64,000 bases of DNA from a virus. Position numbers and translations under genes: made by a program. Positions 24,247 through 34,361 of this stretch are shown one piece after another. The stretch is from positions 25,210 through 89,209 of IMG/VR virus record IMGVR_UViG_2922727739_000003. One strand, given 5' to 3'. Position 1 is the first letter of the stretch. The number at the start of each line of letters is the position of its first letter. The notes under the pieces are model-generated. The model was not told where the DNA came from, did no database searches, and saw only the letters and a list, made by a program, of their open reading frames with translations.

Positions 24247-25359
24247 TTATTGCGTTCATCCTTTCTTCTAAAAGTCATATTTTATTGAGACTACTCATAA
24301 TTAAATATCATCAACGTGATATAGCTTGTCACGTTTTAAAACAACCTGTTTTTTGCTCATTTCATCTGCTTCGAATTGAAATGGCGTACATCTTGCTCGA
24401 TCAAAAAACTCGTCTATTGCACACTTATAGTTACAATAAAACTCTCCATATTCTTCACTGTACTCCACTTCTGTTTTGTTTGTTATCTCTTCACTGCATC
24501 TTCCACATTTTATAACGTCCACTTCTATCCATCCCTCCAATTTCTAAATAGAACTCACATTTCACTAGATTCCTTCCATTTTGCCTTGTATCTAAATATT
24601 TGCTTAATGATATTTTTGCCTTATACTCGCATATTGATTACTTGATGGGTTCGTTAGAATCCATTTGGTCACCAATTGAATCATTTCCTGTGAAATATTG
24701 TTTTCATTTAATCCGTAATCTCAACAACTGTCATTCTCATCAGTCGGTTAAATTCTTCTCTTAATTTTCCGTAGTCATTTACTAATTCGTCATCAGGATT
24801 AATATTATAAGCTGCTAAAGCAATTTTTGTTGCAAGTTCCTCCATTTCTTTTTCCATTTCTTTTAATTTCCGATATAAGTCTCCTATGTAATACGATTGC
24901 ACATGATACATCTCCTTTTTTATGAAGGGCAATGACTACTCTTTTATTTAAATTTAATCTCAAACTCTTTTTGACTGATCTGTTCAAGGATTTGAATATC
25001 TTTTTCGGCCCAGCCGTTTTCCTCTGTCAAGTCACACTCCAACAAGCGATCTACTGCTTGCTTGATTAATTCAACTGCTTCATTCATATCACTGTTCCTC
25101 CTTTCTCTATGAAAGACTAATTTTATCTATTCATACCTTCCACTTTGCAAGTTCACTTTGTGATAATCCATACTTTTCTCTGTCTTGCTTTAAGTTAATG
25201 AAATCCATATTTGTTTTCGGTTTGGGGCAATCACTTACAGGTACGCCAAGATTTTTATCTAAGTCATAACCTAGCTCACACTTGTAATATGGACGTTCTA
25301 TAATGGAGGCCTTACACCCTTTGCAACTCTTTTTCATGGACTCTCCTATCAGAAATGTG

Positions 25360-26145
25360 TTATTTTATTGCGCGTTTCCTATCGATAATACTTCCCATAA
25401 GTTGCTTAATACCAATAAACATGACAAGACCGAATGTGATTGGCGACACACACAACGACCTCCAAAAATATATCTTACTATTGTACCAATTGAATGTTTT
25501 TTCTATATTCGCTTCACCTGTATAATCATCTTCAATTACTATTGCACCATCAATAGGTCTAATAAATATTCTGTTCATATCTACATTCATTGGATTAATT
25601 ATTATCTTATAGTCTCTTGGATCTGATTCGCTATAATGAGAGTACCAGAAAGAGTTAAATTTAGGTTCCTTGTTTTCATCAGGTCGAGAAGGGTGAAACC
25701 AAACAAATTTCTTAGTTGCATCACTGAATTTAAAATTGTAATTTGAACGTGCGCTACTATTTCCAATCAATCTAATTCTCCCAGTTCTTTCAGCCTCTTC
25801 AATTTCGTAAGGAAATAAGTGGTCGGTATAATGTATTAAATTCTTTCCATTCAATTTTTCATACTCTTCTTTTGTGATCCGTCTTATGTAATATCTTGAT
25901 TTCAAAGGATAGAGTAAAGGAACAAGAACAAAGTATCCTATGTACGGAATTATGACAGAGATGATACTGGGCAAACCGGGGATAATACCTTCAATCCAAA
26001 TAGATATCAATAATGCTAAAATCAACAGTATAAGCGTATAAAATAAAATAGTGACCAATTGTAGTGCATGTCTGATTCTACCGATTTTACCACGCAATTT
26101 TTTTCTTACTTTTCTTTGTGTTATCTCCAATATTATCACCACCAA
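25360..26145 (-). CDS. Membrane-anchored hypothetical protein
   Basis: Two N-terminal TM segments, soluble middle, C-terminal TM; ORF track. Confidence 0.6.
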   Translation of the reverse strand: MVVIILEITQRKVRKKLRGKIGRIRHALQLVTILFYTLILLILALLISIWIEGIIPGLPSIISVIIPYIGYFVLVPLLYPLKSRYYIRRITKEEYEKLNGKNLIHYTDHLFPYEIEEAERTGRIRLIGNSSARSNYNFKFSDATKKFVWFHPSRPDENKEPKFNSFWYSHYSESDPRDYKIIINPMNVDMNRIFIRPIDGAIVIEDDYTGEANIEKTFNWYNSKIYFWRSLCVSPITFGLVMFIGIKQLMGSIIDRKRAIK

Positions 26146-26419
26146 TAAAATTATCTTTTTACTCTATAATTGATTCAAAATAGGCTATTGCATTTTCTGT
26201 GTTACATCTATCTTCATCTTCTAGTTCACACTCAAGATAATGTTCTAAAGCTCGTATTGCTTGGTTAACATATTCTCTTATCTCTTCATTTTCTTTTTCC
26301 ATCTTGCTCCCACCTGCCTATGCATCTTATTATACAACATTTTCCTATGTACTGGTGTAAATCCACTCGCTATCAATATAATTAATTTTATTATTTTTGT
26401 TTGTTTAAGTCAAGCTGAA

Positions 26420-26812
26420 TTATTCCAGCCTGACCAGTTTATTCATATCAACATCCATATAGGCGGCTATCCTCATTTCCACATCTATTCTAATTTTAGA
26501 CCAAAGAAATCGCATGGTGTGAGTATATCCACGACATAAGTAATCAGTTACTAAATCCTTGTCCGACCTAACCCCGTCAAAAACTTTTATGCCTCTCTGT
26601 CTCATTTTTTGACGAACAACTTTCAAATCCGTTAACACTCTACTTTGCAAGCCCTCTAGATATAATACAAACAATTCTTTCATCTTCAGGTCAGACTTCT
26701 TGATCTTGCTTATGTTAAGCTCTAATACATCCAATACATAAGGTAGCTGTATAAATTCAATTACAAGCTGAGTGTCTTCATTAGATGTTTTATAATTGCT
26801 CATGCTGTACAC
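26420..26812 (-). CDS. YhjD-like hypothetical protein, probably SOS-regulated
   Basis: FIQLPYVLDVLE...RQRGIKV...YLCRGY pattern recalls B. subtilis YhjD; LexA box just upstream. Confidence 0.5.
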   Translation of the reverse strand: MYSMSNYKTSNEDTQLVIEFIQLPYVLDVLELNISKIKKSDLKMKELFVLYLEGLQSRVLTDLKVVRQKMRQRGIKVFDGVRSDKDLVTDYLCRGYTHTMRFLWSKIRIDVEMRIAAYMDVDMNKLVRLE

Positions 26813-26821
26813 ACACTCCTA

Positions 26822-26833
26822 GAACGTTTGTTC
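26822..26833. promoter_or_regulatory. LexA/DinR (SOS) box
   Basis: GAAC-GTTT-GTTC matches the Firmicute GAAC-N4-GTTC consensus; about 10 bp upstream of the YhjD-like ORF. Confidence 0.75.
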
Positions 26834-27343
26834 TTATAGTGTACAACTAACTAAATAACTATTCAATAGCATCGTATCTAAACATATTTCTATCCGCCTC
26901 AATAAGAACTCTTTGTCCAACATATTCGCCATCTACGTATAATTCAAATTCATTTCCCTTGTATTCAACCAAGAGAGCATTTGAAGGGATGTTCCCGTAA
27001 TTCCTTGTGAACTCCTCTCCACTAGGCAACTCAAACCGAACAACAACGAGATTGTTCATGTGATTGTTTTTGAGATAAATTCGAAAAACATTGTCTGTTT
27101 TGGGTGGAAACTGATACTGCACATTAGTCTTCTGTTTTGCCATTATGTACTCTCCTATCTTGGTAACACGATGTTTTTACAGATCTTTAGCTTCTAAATA
27201 AATAATCTTCCACTTCAATCATCAATTCCATTAACTCTTCATACTCTGCACCACTCAGAGTACTTTCGCCACGATTCAATACAGTACATAATTCAAGATC
27301 TAGAGCACTTGCCACTTCATAAATCTGCTGAAGCAATTCGAAA

Positions 27344-27904
27344 TCACTCTTCAAATGTCGTTAGCTCCTTTAATGCCTTTTTGTATTTGTTTACTCGGTC
27401 ATAATCCTTCTTTGTTGGTTGCTCAATTCTACTCAAATCCATGTTATCTTCAATATCAACAATCTTGACTTTTCGTGCCAATTCATTTTGTTTACAACGT
27501 GCAATGAACTCCCAGTACGTTTCATTCTCTAGTCTTGTCAAAGCAATAACTGCATCAATAATTTGACCTGTGAAATCTTCTAACAGTTTTTCTTCAGTCA
27601 TGGTTGTGTCTTCTAAGATGTCATGTAGTACAGCCACAATTTGTTCTTCATTTGATTGCATTTTCATCATTACACGCAATGGATGTAAGATATAAGGATT
27701 ACCACCTTTATCAACTTGACCATTATGCATAGTTACAGCTATTGAGATTGCTTTGTTTAAGTTGTTTACCATCTGAAAACAGTCCTCTCTGTACAAAACT
27801 GTATCAATCAACAACCATCCTTTTTTATAATATTGAGCGCTATATTCTTGTCCAAGTACTAATTCATCATAATTATTATGCCATTTTGAGTAAACAACCT
27901 TCAT
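27344..27904 (-). CDS. HD-domain protein, RelA/SpoT hydrolase (Mesh1)-like
   Basis: HNGQVDKGGNPYILHP, LHDILEDT and VKIVDIEDN motifs. Confidence 0.85.
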   Translation of the reverse strand: MKVVYSKWHNNYDELVLGQEYSAQYYKKGWLLIDTVLYREDCFQMVNNLNKAISIAVTMHNGQVDKGGNPYILHPLRVMMKMQSNEEQIVAVLHDILEDTTMTEEKLLEDFTGQIIDAVIALTRLENETYWEFIARCKQNELARKVKIVDIEDNMDLSRIEQPTKKDYDRVNKYKKALKELTTFEE

Positions 27905-28148
27905 ATACAGTTACCTCCCTATCCTATCCAAATCATCGTAAAAGCCCAATTTTATCATTCTTCAAAGTGAATTCCGTAATTTTGGGTGCATTGTGTTTTC
28001 TCCAGCCAAGCATTTCCGCCTCCTCCTGTTCCAAAATCAAATTCGTATAGTTTACCATCCGATCCAATACCAAAATTATAAGACTCATCTTCTGTTAAAT
28101 AGCGATCATTAGATATGTCCCAAATTTTATATTTCATTTTCTCTCTCC

Positions 28149-28823
28149 TTAGCCATTGAATCCATACAATATATCTAATTCAAAATCATTTTGTGGTCTT
28201 AGTGTATAAAGTGTCTTCCCCACTTTTCTTGCATATCTACAACAGTTACCTGTGCCACCCTTCGTTCTATCCCAAGCAGCGACAACAATCCGTGATTTAT
28301 CTACCATGTATTCATTTCTTTTTTGCATTTTCGCTACATGATACTCGCCAATCGGGACTTCCTCTACTCTATACAGTGGCAGCTCGTCTACATAAACAAC
28401 TTCATCTGCTATATCAAGCATCTTCTTGTACCACAGTTGAGTCTCTTTATCTAACCATTTTATTGGCTGATTTTTAAATGGTACAGCGACAATATTGACA
28501 ATGCTGGGGTAGTACCTTTTCTTCAGTCCTTGTACTGTCCAAAAGGCTATTTGGTCAAACCCAATTGCTCCACCGGATATAAAGCGTTCAAGTCCCTCGT
28601 TCTTAATTAAATCAATTAATACTGGTTCAATTTTATTCTTTATGTATATTGATTGTTTATCCGTAAGGCTGTAGCAATTTCCTAATTTATTTGGACGGTG
28701 TCCTGTGAATGATAGTGTTCTACTTTCTAGCTTCTCCTGCACTCTGTGTTCTTCACGTCTTCTGTCTATCTCTTCTCTTCCTTCAGGGGAATTAAGCCAT
28801 GCGAAGTCAACCATTAGCATCAC
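28149..28823 (-). CDS. SLOG-family (YspA/DUF1273-like) protein
   Basis: SFTGHRPNKL, ISGGAIGFDQ, RNEYMVD and GGTGNC motifs. Confidence 0.85.
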   Translation of the reverse strand: MMLMVDFAWLNSPEGREEIDRRREEHRVQEKLESRTLSFTGHRPNKLGNCYSLTDKQSIYIKNKIEPVLIDLIKNEGLERFISGGAIGFDQIAFWTVQGLKKRYYPSIVNIVAVPFKNQPIKWLDKETQLWYKKMLDIADEVVYVDELPLYRVEEVPIGEYHVAKMQKRNEYMVDKSRIVVAAWDRTKGGTGNCCRYARKVGKTLYTLRPQNDFELDILYGFNG

Positions 28824-29100
28824 CTCTTTCTTAAAAATCTAATATCCCTGTAGCGCTGCAATTAAAATAAATGACCCCATCATTACATAGAAATATGTTT
28901 TATGAGAGAATTTTGACTTGTTAGTGAAACTTATGAGACGACAAGGTAGATATAATATTGCCAGCGCCGCCAACATACCCAAAGCAGTATTAAGATAAGT
29001 AATTAGAATTTTTGTCACCCTTTATATTAAAATGTTCATTTATAAATTGTCTCTAACAAGTCCCTTTTATCGAGACTTGTTAGAAATTTTGTTTAACAGC

Positions 29101-29700
29101 TCAATCAATTTCCATTAAAGTGCTATCTTGAACTTTGTAAGTAGAATATTCAAATCTATTAACTGGAACACTAAAACTTACATTTTCGCCAGATCGTATA
29201 CCGTCCCCGGGAATTGGTATTGAGTCTCTAGAATAAGTTATATTCCCATTATCATCATAAAAATATATCGCAAAATAACCTTTAATGCCTTTGCTACCAT
29301 TGTTGGTTATTTGTCCAACAAGGTCACCCGTAGAACTATTCCATAATACTTTAACATCTGTAAACTCAAGCTGATTAAAAAGCGAACCACTTTCTGCTTC
29401 TATGTTCTTCTCAAATGTATCCCTGGGATTTGTATCTCTGGTATATTCTCTTCCTTCCATTATGGCATTCATTTCTTTTAGTACTTCAGTTGCCTCTAAA
29501 TACTTCCCTTTAGCAGTTAAAGAATCAGCTTCTTTTCTTAGATCCTCTATCTTACTCTCTTTAATTGATTGACTTATAAAGCTGACTGTTTTTGGTATAG
29601 CAAAAGCAAGTACAAGCACCGCAGCCACCACAATGATAACATTTTTCCTTTTCAACATTATCCCTCCATAGTAAAATAATAGCGTGTTAAATATTACCAC
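29101..29700 (-). CDS. Membrane-anchored exported protein with FxLYD-like C-terminal domain
   Basis: N-terminal basic plus hydrophobic anchor; GQITNNG...YFYDDNG...IRSGE pattern. Confidence 0.55.
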   Translation of the reverse strand: MVIFNTLLFYYGGIMLKRKNVIIVVAAVLVLAFAIPKTVSFISQSIKESKIEDLRKEADSLTAKGKYLEATEVLKEMNAIMEGREYTRDTNPRDTFEKNIEAESGSLFNQLEFTDVKVLWNSSTGDLVGQITNNGSKGIKGYFAIYFYDDNGNITYSRDSIPIPGDGIRSGENVSFSVPVNRFEYSTYKVQDSTLMEID

Positions 29701-31211
29701 AACTATTGTCTTAGGTCTATAGTAACAAATCAGAGAGATTGATGCTAAAATATGTATCTTATACTCTTTTCAAATTTCCTTGCTTACAATGTTTACACGA
29801 TAACTTTTTAAGTAACTTATTAGTTGAGAGAATGCTATTACAGTTCAAACAAATATAACTGTACGACAGATCTTGTTTTTTGAGTGCATCTATTCTTCTT
29901 TTTATTTCATCGTTTTTTCTTTTTTGTCTGTCTTCTTCATTCAATACACATAGACGACCATTGCTTCCTGAATAATAGAAACTAAATTTCTTTGTGTTGC
30001 TCAAAGCTTCTTCTGGTTTGAAAGTCACCACGTTATGGGGAATACGAATTCCATTTTTCAAAACAGATGTTGGCTCAATATCCATTACTCTCGCTATACC
30101 CACAATTTCTCGATCATCTAAATATACTGATACTTCTCCATCAAGATTGTATTTCTGCTTTTCTTCTAAAACAAATTTAATCATCTAAGTATTATTCTCC
30201 TTTATCATTTTATGTGATCATAAATAATTCGATTTCAACCTTTCTTATCGCTTTCGGGGTAATACATGCTCCATAAAAATACCATTCATCACTGTCGTTC
30301 ATTAAATCATTAAAAATACTTTCTGCATCATTTTTTCTCATAAGTTCGGCTTCAAAGAAGTTTGAGGTAGATTCAACAAAAATATCGCGGTCTGACTCCC
30401 ACTCTAACTTAGCGAACTTGTCATTGGTTAGTTCAATCACATAACGTTCAATTTTCATGTTTATCTTTTTCCTTTAATAATATTTTTATTTCATAAAACA
30501 CGCATTTTACTGAATAATTACTTTTAGTCGTGCTAGTTTGCTTTTATATTCATTTTTTTCTTCTGCTTTCCAGCTAGATGTCCATTTCTTCAGGAGATCC
30601 GAAATTGGTTCTTTATATAGCGGCTTAAAAAATTTAGCTTCACCCTCTACAACAAAAACTATTTCATAGTAATCTCCATAAATATATTGCAATAACTCTC
30701 CAACCTCTTTATTGTAAATAGGAGTTTCTACAACATCAAAAGTTTCTATTTCTGCTAGGCCCACATAAAACATATTCATCCTCCTTTTATTACATAAATC
30801 AACACCACTTAAATAACCACATCTGTTATGCCACATTTTCTATAAATAACTCTAAGTTTCTCTCTGACTTCTATGTATGCAGCATTTACCTCTTGAATTT
30901 CACCTTCAACATTCACGACTTCGTTAATCGCATCTTGCATAATCAACGCTTCTCTCCATGCTTTGCGTTCTTTAAAGTATTCGTAGTTGTAAGTATATGA
31001 ATGACCATAGCGATCAGTTGGACTAATTATCCTTTTAAGTTCAACATATAATTCTTCCAGCTTAATAGCGCATCTTTGTAATTCATTGTCTAAATGTTCA
31101 TATACTTGTTGCAACTCAATAAACTCCTGAGTTTTATTATTTTCGATAATTTGAATTGGCACACTTATGGTCATAAAATTATCTCTCCTTTATTTATGAA
31201 GCTTACCATCA

Positions 31212-31576
31212 CTAATTCTTCAACAAAGATAAATCGTATCCAGACTCAATGAATTGAATTGTCTTATTTCTATTACAGTCGTTTCCTAAGTATGTATATA
31301 TCTCATTCATATCATCTGCTGTAAAATTAGTTCCCAAATATTCATTGATAATCGCCCGAATTCGTTTTTGCCAATACTCACTGACACCCTTGCAGCTTGG
31401 GCGTGATAACCAAGCCAAGACTTTTCTTTTGATGTCTAATTCTGTCTCGACATCTTCAAGAAAAAAAATATGTTATTCTTTGGTTCAATAATCAGTTCAA
31501 AGTTTGAATTTATAAAACAATTAGGTGAAAACCTCTCAGCAATCTTCATGAACTTTATAATTTCAACTAGATTCAT
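31212..31576 (-). pseudogene. Phage hypothetical gene split by a frameshift in a T8 homopolymer
   Basis: ATG at 31576 behind SD AGGAG reads ...PKNNIFFFLKMSRQN*. The -1 frame after the T8 run (plus-strand A8, 31461-31468) reads LEDVETELDIKRKVLAWLSRP into the track ORF. The 365 nt span is one base short of a multiple of 3. Confidence 0.6.
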
Positions 31577-31916
31577 ATTATTCTCCTTATTTATTTACCA
31601 AAGCAATCATTGGTGCTTTCACGGATTCGTTTAATTAAATCTACACCCTTTTCCTCGTCCCATTGATTTAAATAAATGCACTTCCAACCCAAGGAGTATT
31701 TCTTTTTCTGAAATATTTTTAGTTTTTGAACAAGTTTGTAGTAAGTCATCCCATGTTCTCTACTCGTATTAACTCTGACTTCATCAATTTTTATCATGTA
31801 TCGTTTACCGTCTTCGTTCCAATACTTCTTATACATCAATTTCCTCCTTATGAAACGTGCCTTTTATAATAATATTTTAATAAGCGAGGGAGGAATTTCC
31901 CTCCCTCTTAGATTAA

Positions 31917-33455
31917 TTATATATTTTTGACTAAAATTTCGTTTACTAATTCTATAAATCTGTCACCTTCTATAATCTCACTATTAAAATCTGCACCTAA
32001 TACATTTAAATGTGATAATGTCTTTTCTAAACCGTCAAACTCTACTGCAAATGGTTCAATGATATTACTTGGTCTTTGGCGAAATGCACCAATTTTGTTT
32101 TTCATAAAAAACCACTTACCATAAATATTGTCCTTTTCTTCAACCAGCAATAAGTTAAAACCCAGATCACTCTGAATATCAAAGTAACCCCAAGCAAGTA
32201 TCAGTTGGTCTCTAAGTTTGGGGCGTACAACAACCTCAGTTCTACTTTCCCAAAAATCATCTTTTCTAGTTTTGACAAAATCTTTATCATACAGTACTCT
32301 CAGTCTAATTTTGACTCTTTTTTGTGAGGGTAAACGAAGCTCCAAATTGATGCTATCTCTTTTTAGATCATTGAACTCATCTAAAATCATTTTTGAACCA
32401 GTATATTTAGTATTGAACTCATTCACATAATCTTTTAGTGGCTCATAAATATGTTCTTTAAATTGATAGTTAATTCTTTTTACATGATCCTGTTGTTCGC
32501 TTTCTTCTTTTTGTTTTAAAAGTTGCTGAGTCTTAAGCGATTCATCTTTCACAACCTTAACATTGATAAGATTATCAATTAAACTCGTTACGGAAGTTAA
32601 AGGTGTTTCATCTAATCCAATATCTCTCTCAATCTCTTCCCAGTTTTTATAGCGCGCGCTAATATTTTTTTCAATCATCTTATTGATGACTTGTACAATA
32701 CTGTTAGTAATGCCCGGATTAATGCGTTTTATTGGAACTGCGTTTTGAAAAGTATGAGCTTCCTGCCACATAGTCATATCAGCCTCATTTTTTACTTCAT
32801 AAGGATGTCTAAGTGTGGCTAACTCATAAAACAAGATTCCCATTGAATAGATATCATTTTGGATTGTATTCTTTTCGCTTCTCCATCTCTCTGGAGCCAT
32901 ATATTTAATATGACCAACACCTTTGAAAGTGAGTTGCCTAGTCCCTTCTGTTGCAACTTTAGCAAGACCAAAATCAGCAATTTTTAGTGTTCCCTTATCA
33001 ATTAGTATATTATCTGCTTTTATATCTCTATGTACTAAGAGATCATTAATATGTTTCATTCCCTGAATTAACTGACTGTAAAACTCTTTCAATAGATCAT
33101 TTGAAAAGAAAACACCTTCTTCTTTTTGTCTATTTAAATAACTCATTAATGTTCCTTGGTTCGCATATTCCATAATCAAATAAGGTGGTAAATTCGGGTA
33201 CTTATTCTTGTGTACGTAAAAGTATTTTATTGTATTGGGATGAGAAACTTTCGTTGCCATTTGGCATTCATTAATAAATGTTGCATAGGCTTCTTGAGTG
33301 GGAAAAGTTGTTGGTAATGTTTTTAAAGCAAAAATGCCTTTATCTGATTTCCTTTGGATCTTAAAGACAAATCCAAAGTTCCCATTCCCAATCATTTCAA
33401 TTACCTCATACTCCTCTTCAGATTCATCATATACAGTAACACCTTGAGCAATCAT
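31917..33455 (-). CDS. Hanks-type Ser/Thr protein kinase with C-terminal coiled coil and unknown domain
   Basis: GNGNFG, ALK, alphaC Glu (FINE), HRDIKADN, DFG, MAPE and DIYSMG all intact. Confidence 0.95.
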   Translation of the reverse strand: MIAQGVTVYDESEEEYEVIEMIGNGNFGFVFKIQRKSDKGIFALKTLPTTFPTQEAYATFINECQMATKVSHPNTIKYFYVHKNKYPNLPPYLIMEYANQGTLMSYLNRQKEEGVFFSNDLLKEFYSQLIQGMKHINDLLVHRDIKADNILIDKGTLKIADFGLAKVATEGTRQLTFKGVGHIKYMAPERWRSEKNTIQNDIYSMGILFYELATLRHPYEVKNEADMTMWQEAHTFQNAVPIKRINPGITNSIVQVINKMIEKNISARYKNWEEIERDIGLDETPLTSVTSLIDNLINVKVVKDESLKTQQLLKQKEESEQQDHVKRINYQFKEHIYEPLKDYVNEFNTKYTGSKMILDEFNDLKRDSINLELRLPSQKRVKIRLRVLYDKDFVKTRKDDFWESRTEVVVRPKLRDQLILAWGYFDIQSDLGFNLLLVEEKDNIYGKWFFMKNKIGAFRQRPSNIIEPFAVEFDGLEKTLSHLNVLGADFNSEIIEGDRFIELVNEILVKNI

Positions 33456-33622
33456 GGAGAGTCCTCCCTAAATTTTTGTAATTCAATTATACAATAACCT
33501 GTTGTTATATGTCGTCCTTTCCTTCTCATAATTGTTCATGCAAGAACTCTCTTTCCATAAATCAATTATAGCATCCACTTCACTTAATTACAACAGATTT
33601 CATTATTTTTGTTTATTAACAC

Positions 33623-33646
33623 AAAAAACCTCCATTTAGGAGGCTC
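33623..33646 (-). terminator. Intrinsic terminator after the Gam-like gene
   Basis: Minus strand gagcctcctaaatggaggtttttt. Confidence 0.7.
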
Positions 33647-33650
33647 TTAC

Positions 33651-34319
33651 TTACTCTTTAACTTTCCAATTATATTCTTCTGGTCTTTGTGTTAATTGAA
33701 TGAAGTCGATTGGTACACCACTATCATCCACGTATACCAATTTGCCGTTATACTCCGTCATCTTCAGTGTGTCCTTATAGTCTCCCCATTGAACTTCTTC
33801 AATTACTTTGATGTACTCAGGATTGTTTTCTTTTACATATCTAATAAAGTCTTCATCTGTTTTTGCCTTAGTTGTATCCTTGCCATTGATTGTAATGAGC
33901 GGTCTTTGCTTCTTGGCTGTTAGGTTGTGATATGGAAGTTTAATTGTATTGCTCAAAGGTTTAGCCTTTTTGCCGTTTGCAGTCAATTCTTCATTACGCG
34001 ACTTTTCTTCCTCGATTGTTTTCTTGTGCCACAAATGAAGATGTTCTTTAAAAAAGCTGATATCATCACTATCTTTTTTTGTCGATTCTTCTTTCCATTG
34101 TTTCAATTTTTCAATTTTAGCTTCCAATGCTTGAATATTGTTATTTACTACTTTTTCAATGCTTGCTATTTTGACTTCTTTATCATGGATCATATTATCT
34201 GCCCAAACTGCTAAATCCATTGACGTAATTCTCCACGATTCATCTTGTTTAATCTGATATGTATCGTCTTGGTCTTCTATGATATTGTTTATCTCATCAT
34301 TATAATTAATTGCTTCCAT
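33651..34319 (-). CDS. Mu Gam-like host-nuclease inhibitor family protein
   Basis: WRITSMDLAVWA, long coiled coil, TIKLPY...KKQ and VQWGDYK pattern typical of Firmicute phage Gam-like proteins. Confidence 0.65.
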   Translation of the reverse strand: MEAINYNDEINNIIEDQDDTYQIKQDESWRITSMDLAVWADNMIHDKEVKIASIEKVVNNNIQALEAKIEKLKQWKEESTKKDSDDISFFKEHLHLWHKKTIEEEKSRNEELTANGKKAKPLSNTIKLPYHNLTAKKQRPLITINGKDTTKAKTDEDFIRYVKENNPEYIKVIEEVQWGDYKDTLKMTEYNGKLVYVDDSGVPIDFIQLTQRPEEYNWKVKE

Positions 34320-34361
34320 ACAAACACTTCCTTTATGTATTTTTATGGTAAAATCTATGTT

